42,296 bases of DNA from Toensbergia leucococca. Its lineage: Eukaryota. Shown piece after piece: positions 35,831-42,296 of this stretch. The stretch's first letter is position 1. Every line of letters begins with the position of its first letter. A program made the position numbers and the translations under genes. The stretch spans positions 124,001 to 166,296 of the forward strand of contig JALDZS010000030.1 in NCBI GenBank assembly GCA_022813965.1, in the 5' to 3' direction. The notes beneath the pieces are model-generated. The model searched no databases, was not told where the DNA came from, and was given only the letters and a program-made list of their open reading frames with translations.

Positions 35831-38800
35831 TCATTCAAACCCGGACTCGGGTGTCGCATCTAAATGAAGTCAGCCAAACAGAATTTACCCACCAACAAGA
35901 CTGAAATTAACCTGCGCCTAATGTTAGAGCCGGCAAAGAGCTCTTCCGTTGATCAGTGCCAGAACCCATCAACATCATAGAGCTCTCTCGCCGGCGAGCT
36001 TTCGTAGCCTGCACCGTGCTAGGCTCCAGCATTCGGCGGCTATTGCCATGCCCATAGTCAGGTATTGCTATAGAGACATTTTGGTCTGGGCTGAACGTTT
36101 GGAAGCCTTGCGGAGGCTCGTAGGAGGGCTGAATTGAGATGAATCCGGTATCGTATTCTGCATGTGAGTCATGTAAGACTTGTTCATAAGAGAGCCCCGC
36201 AGAGGCAAATGTATCCTGATGATAGGATGGAGTGGGAATGTCGGAGAAAATCTGACGTCGCGGAGAGCGAATTTCCCCCAGGATTGGTGACTCGGTGGCA
36301 AGTACCTCAACGGATGTCTCGTCGGGTTCTGCGCCAAAGATTGAATCAAATTCCGTAATGAACATGGAGAAAACTGGAGCAGGAATGTTGAGTGTCGGTG
36401 AAAAAACAATGCCAACATTGCGAACGCTCATCCTATTCACGTCCGCGTTGTTGACGACTCCGATGAGGAAGGCGGAGAGAGCCCTTATCAGTGACCAGTT
36501 CGCCCTAGGCAGCCTACGCACCAATACGCTATAAGCGGCAACTTTCTTGGCTTTGTCGTCGAGCTCTGGTAGATACAGGTCAGCGCGACGAGGTAACTAC
36601 GTCCAAAAAAATGGCGAAGTACTCACCCAATACTTGCAGGAAATCCAGATGCAGTTCGCGGGTCAATACGGTTGACGGAAGCTCGCGTAGATACAACTTC
36701 AGCAGAGATGCAATAGCGTGTACATCATGATATTGGCCATTGGCAAGGAAGTCAAAATCACCTTCTGTATTGAAGCGTTCGCGGAGAGCTTTGATCACAA
36801 TATTCGATCCACTCAAACGGAAGATGCCTTCTTCGTTTGATGCATCCTTAGCTTCTAGGTACTCGAGACATCGGTACACGACGGCGGGCAAGCATACGTC
36901 GACACCTCGGGGTGGGAAATTCTCGACAGCCTCCGCAAGTGGTGCACCAAAGACTGGCCTTAGATTCAAGGTTCGTTCGTTGTGATGCGGCACACTCAAG
37001 CTATTATTAGAATCGTTGGAGTGAGCAGAAACTAGATCTACTGGAGGTCTGTCACGAAAGCTCCAGATGCTCCTCTTCCGAGAGTCCTTGTCCTTTGCAG
37101 CGGGAACTACTATCGACTTGTTTCCCCACGCTCCAGCATCCTGTATGACCGCCCCATTGGAAGGCCTAGAGATAGACTTGGGGACATGTGAGCTTGGCGC
37201 TTGAGCATTTGGCCACATGGCTGCATTGTCAGGGGACGGGGAGTCTGTATACCGATGATCTGGTGTGATCTTGACAATCGGAGCTTGGGCAGCAATCGTG
37301 TTTTCGTAGCTTACTGTCTGAAACTCGACGACTTTCTCCGAATCAGGACTGTCGGTACCCACTCTATCCACTTTCCCAGATTTCTTCTTTGGCGATACCA
37401 ACGACGTCTTGCCTGAGCCGGAGTCATTTCTTGGTACGGAAGGCCTCATTTTCTCGTCATCGGAAGAGTGATCGCTCACATAATGCAGAAGCGCTGCGAC
37501 CCACTGGTCGCGCTCAGCGTCGCTTTCAGCGCAGAGTACATGGCGCACATGGTTGTTCGAATCCTTCCGTTTCGGTTCAAGAACAAGGAATGCATGCCGA
37601 TACTGGTTGCTACTATCTTCTCCCATCCGTTGTGGGGAATGAGAGTGTTGTTGCGCGGACTGTTTGCCGATCTGGGCATTTCGCAGCTTTATCGTGCCTA
37701 GTAAAGGCCCGCCAGGGGATTCGAAATAGCGCAGGACTGGGGCGTCAAGAACGAAAAATCTTGCCTTCCAACCGCCGAAATTCTTCCCACGTTTCGTTAA
37801 GTAACCTTCTTTGAGAATTCTCCCATCTGGAGCAAAGGTGACCGGAGATCCGACTTGGGATAGTAAGCCATTTCCGTAGACTTCTTCGGCATTGGGTTCC
37901 AAAACATGTGTCGACAGGTAACGACATACAGTGAGTGCCGCTTTGATATCTAAAGGCGTATCTAAGACTGTTTCAAAGTACTGCTCCAGAGCCATCCTTC
38001 GAGCATCAATCTTTGCTGGGGCGTGACCAGTGAATAATGTCCGATCTGGAAGCTTTACACGAATTGCCGACGACTGTCTTAATTGATGATCAAAATGTGG
38101 TAGCGACGTCAAAGGCTTCTCTACTTGCCAGAGCTCCAGCTGGTCAGATCTTGCGAACACTCCAAGCGTGAAAACGGGATCTTCCTCGGATCCCTTGGCA
38201 GCCAAGTAGCTATGACGGGATGGTTTCAGACGTGAAGAGGTCACCTTGATACAAATGGACGGCAAAGCATTGGGAGAAACCAACAGTTCGGGGTAGTTTT
38301 CAGACACCAAGCCTCTGCAGACCCCCTTTGGCCATGAAGTCTGCGGTGTACCTTTCGCCAAAGGATCTGGCTCCGATTCGGAGGTAATTCCACCTTGGTT
38401 GAGTGACTTCTTAGCGATATTAGCAGTTGTCTGTGGTATAGCTGAATGGTGCACGGGTTCAATCTGGGTCAGTTTAGGTGATGTCATAGACATGGGTGTA
38501 TGAGGAGGTAGCGGTATAGGTTGTCGAGGTGCTCTTGGCGAAAGTGGCAGTCCAGGCGAGTCATTACGTGGAAACAACGCAGGGGAAGCAAGTGATGTTA
38601 GGCCTCCGTCCCGTTGCACTCTTGGTGTTGGCGGATTCATAGGACGATCCCCTGGACGAGGACTCACCGGTAGACCTGGACTCATAGGAGGAAGCGGGAC
38701 GAGACTCCGCTTATGAGGGCCGGATAAAGACTGATTTTGTGATGGACTGAGTACGCTCGCTAATGAGGCCGGCGGCTCCAGGTGCGCAGAGGGAGCAGCT

Positions 38801-40482
38801 GCAGTCGGTAGAGGCGAGAGAGCCTTGATGCTAGAGGGTATTGGGATATCCTGTGGCTCTGCTTTGTTGTTAGCAGCCTGGGAACCCAATATGCTTTTTT
38901 CAGGTGGAGGCTTCGAGTGTTTGTCCTTCTTAGACTGACTACGACTCTCCTGCTCTTGAAGGATCACGGCTTCCCTGATTTTGTCATCTTCTCCCCGGGT
39001 CTTTTTCCTTCCTCTATCGAATGCTGGAATCTCATCGACTTCCAGAATGTCGTCATACTCTGACTCAGAGTGGTCGCCTGGACCATATCCATGAAGTTGA
39101 GTACTCCCTCTACTTGGTTGGCGAAGATCTAAGGGAGCGGGAGGAGGCTTTCGAAGGGGAGGCAGTGACTTCTCATTATTGTCCCCAATTGGGGTTGACT
39201 CAACTAATTCAAGGGAAGGACCTTGTATAGGCCTATTCAGTAGAGGAAGAGCGCGCTTGGCAGTGAAACTACTCGGAGACACAACGCCATTCACAGGATG
39301 AGAGATATTCTGAGGACTTTCCTCGAGACTGCCTGACGTTGATAATTCTGAATTCGCATCGTTCCTGAAAGTCTTCTTGAGCGGCACTCTACTGGCATCT
39401 TGAATTGCAGTTTGGAGAGTCGAGGCAGACTTAAAAGAAGATGTGGCGTCACCTTGACGTGCATCTAAAGCGTTGTCAAAAACACCGCGAGTCCCTTGTA
39501 AGCCCTGAGATTCGTTTGGTGGTAGCGCGTTGCTCTGAATTGGCAGCTCGTCGTTTAGTTCGCTATAAGCAGGAGTTTCACTGGCAGCCCGCGGTAGTGG
39601 CATTGTGGCTTTACTAGCTACACTCGAGACCGATGGGTATGCTACGTATTCCTTCAACTTTTTGCGATACCGTTCCTTGTCTTTCAGAGCCCGATCTAAA
39701 TCTGTATTCAACCCTAACACCAGCGTTCGTTGTTTGTCAACCAACCTCCACAGCTGAGTATTTTGCGCTACCGAATGTTGCTTTTCTTTCAACAAGTGCA
39801 GAATCACAGCCTCTGGAGATCCTACAGTGCTTATGAGATTCGCGATCTCGGCCGAGCTCGAGATGAATGAATCTTGTGACGATTGATGCGAGTGCGAGGT
39901 TGCAGAGGAGATGGCAGAGATGGCAGAGTCAATTGACGAGGTCCGTGGCATGGGTCGTGGCTCTGGGCGGATCGTTGAGCTGCTGACGGCGGAAGACACC
40001 ATTGTAATGGGGGAATAGGGAGGGGTTTCCCCAGCGGAGTACGAATTGGGCAAGGAAGACGATACATTTCTCAACTGGCCGTAAGATTGTGTTTTTGGCG
40101 ATGATAAAGCTGCACCTTTGACTGAGGCAGTCTCTATAGGGCGGAAGGCTTCTTCGTCTGTAGCTGAAGATTCCGAAGCTAGTAGCTCATCCAGACGAGC
40201 TCGAGGTGACTTGGGGGAGTCATGATCGGCGCCTGGACTGAAGCGTGGCGATCTTGGAGAGTATTGAGAAGAGTTCCCAGGTCTGAACGAGGTCGGTGAC
40301 CTAGGATTCGCCGAACCGTCATGCGCATAATTATCCGCTGTTGTAGCAGATGTCTCACTTGTCTGCAGAGGGCTGGGCGTGGGCTTGCGTTGGCCATCTC
40401 CCGTTCGAGAAAGGTTCAGGTTCGACCGCAGTCCAACCAGGTCTTGTGAGTTGTGGTTGCCAACCTTCTGGGATGGCGACAT
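35831..40482 (-). CDS. BEM3: Cdc42/Rho GTPase-activating protein, Bem3-like (coiled coil, PX, PH, RhoGAP). Exons 40482-36627, 36565-35912, 35859-35831
   Basis: Coiled coil QNTQLWRLVDKQR; PX motif LPDRTLFTGHAPAKIDARR; PH motif KEGYLTKRGKNFGGWKARFFVL; GAP motif EEGIFRLSG..ASLLKLYLRELP..NRMSVRNVGIVFSPTL. Confidence 0.88.
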
Positions 40483-42296
40483 GATCACGGAACCCTTATG
40501 TAGTGTGCAACAGGCCGAAATTCCCCTCGGTCCATATGGAAACGTTTACGCTAATCAAGTCCCTGCGCTGCGACGAAAGTCCCTGAGTCAGCTATGTGGC
40601 CCATAAGGTGGAGAGCTTGAGAAGCCAGCTTCAGCTCTAGAAGTGATCCTGAGGGTCTGACATGACATACGGTCCGGGTTGGCGCGGGACTGGTTCGAGC
40701 AACGCAACGCTGAGGGCCCTTGCGCTATGGGGGGTGAAAATGCAAGCGCAGTCAGGCAATAAAGGCAGATATCATAGTATACTCATATGCTGTAGTCGAG
40801 GAATGCAGCACGCTGGAATGGCCCCCCGAAAAACAGCTGGTGATTTTGTATGACGGAGATACGTAATTAATAATACTCGTACACCAATAAGGTGTCTTGA
40901 TGGCAGACAAGGGCCGCGCTCTTTCGCCGTAGCGCTCTTCAGAGATCCATCCAACTGACGTGCTCGAAGCTCGAAGAAGGCTCCTAGTGCATCCCTCGCC
41001 TCCTGAAGCACTCGGCTTTTGGATCGTTACCTTATTACTTATTGAATTGTCAGGAGGCTGCAGATTGGCCAATCAAAAAGTGCATATCCTAATTGACGCT
41101 ACCTACCGTGTATGCTAAGGTATTCTATACCGCTAATGACGTTACCCTAGCTCCTAGGAAGCGCCCAGCCCTCACGGACCCTGCTCCTTTCACACATGAT
41201 AACATAGGGATCGAGCTGAGACTTGAGAGTGTCTCGGAGTGAAGCATTTCGTGAGATGCAAGAGGAGTAAGAGAACATACGACTTTTAGAAGTCAGTACC
41301 TCGCTGAACCCTTGCTATTTAAAAAGTACTCTTACGAGTACGGATAGTGGTTCAGTAAGATGACATCTCCAATTACCTTCTTAGGTTTAGCCTTTTATAC
41401 CAGCACAGACTCTTGCTGCACATCTAGCGAGTCGTCCCTTCACGGTGAATCCATTTTTGACTGTTCTGCATCGTCTCCAATATGGCAAAGGACAGCGTGA
41501 AACGTAGCCGTTGGAATGCTCGCACTCGGCGGAGCTACAAAGGCTTTTGGAAATTTCTTAAAAAACCGGCATGTGCTACCTGTTTTTGTGAATCAGAAAA
41601 TCTCTGACCTTTGTGTGGGCAAATGGATAAACGAAAAAATATCCGACTTCCTCTTTGGCAGGTACAACTGTATGTTTGCTGTCCTCTGGTTCTCACAAGT
41701 CTCTTTCGCAGCATCATAAAGTAGCAAGAGAGGCTAAGTCTGCAATATCTGTCCCGGACATCGATTCAACACGAAGACCAGACAAAAGATGAATGCATCG
41801 TTATAATATCAGACGGCTAGTATGTCTCGGAGTATTGCATTTGATTCCTGAATAATGGAATCATGTTGACATGCTGCCAGAAGAGACCGCGGTCATGTGC
41901 TCTCTTGTTAGGTCTGTGGACTGATGAATACATATTTGACTTAATTATTGGTGACAGCTTCTCTGAAACGTTGCCACCTTCTTACTTTTACTACGAGTAA
42001 CCATATCACTCAAAGGTTGAATTCCTCATCACTTCCATTAAAGCAAAGGCTAGAATCGGTGAATCAGTCGCAGGAGGAATCCGTCCTAAAGGGCTGTTCA
42101 TCATTGATGCTAACTCGTAGGCTCTGAACCGCCGCCAATGAGCTTCAGAGGAATCTATCTTTGATACTGAGCAGGCTGACTATTTCGCAATCCTCTTTCT
42201 TATCTACAGCAGTGTTTTTCATCTTGATAGTGGTGGGTGTCTCGGTGCTCAGTCTAGTTGTATCAGACACGAGGAGACACGACGAGAGGAGTAAAC

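Noticed and set aside
13097..40488. Many short ORF-track entries antisense to or overlapping the large genes
   Set aside because: They are shadow ORFs of real coding sequence with no independent support.
40671..40710. GGTTCGA T-loop-like motif
   Set aside because: No cloverleaf or acceptor stem can be formed, so it is not a tRNA.
42005..42110. Minus-strand ATGATGA...CTGA...GTGATGA resembling C/D boxes
   Set aside because: No terminal D box or stem, and no convincing rRNA-complementary guide.
40800..42296. Gene or transposon remnant in the terminal 1.5 kb
   Set aside because: Only short interrupted ORFs; no TIR, LTR or transposase/RT motif is recognisable.

Overview
Eukaryotic, intron-rich, gene-dense DNA from a filamentous ascomycete (Pezizomycotina). 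Introns are mostly 49-111 nt GT-AG with CTRAY-like branch points. I reconstructed 17 gene models by splicing the sequence by hand. Most are core housekeeping genes: NXT1-like, RPL38, ADE16/17, eIF2-gamma, MAK11, EAF1, SPP2, UTP13, SAD1, PRE1, RRP9, a PSH1-like RING E3 and a BEM3-like RhoGAP. Product names rest on my recognition of motifs, not on database searches. I saw no transposon, tRNA, rRNA or CRISPR array. Four items stand out. (1) A five-exon fungal-specific gene (1178-3116) keeps every splice phase but has two in-frame stops, TAG 1698 and TGA 2839; it is either a very young pseudogene or a candidate for stop correction by RNA editing or readthrough. (2) An 88-aa five-exon membrane microprotein (3396-3930, minus), absent from the ORF track, lies head-to-head with RPL38. 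(3) A ~29-bp intergenic hairpin upstream of eIF2-gamma has G-U pairs that favour a plus-strand, antisense RNA. (4) The RPL38 introns are long and structured. I cannot establish a new biological system from sequence alone; item 1 is the best candidate.
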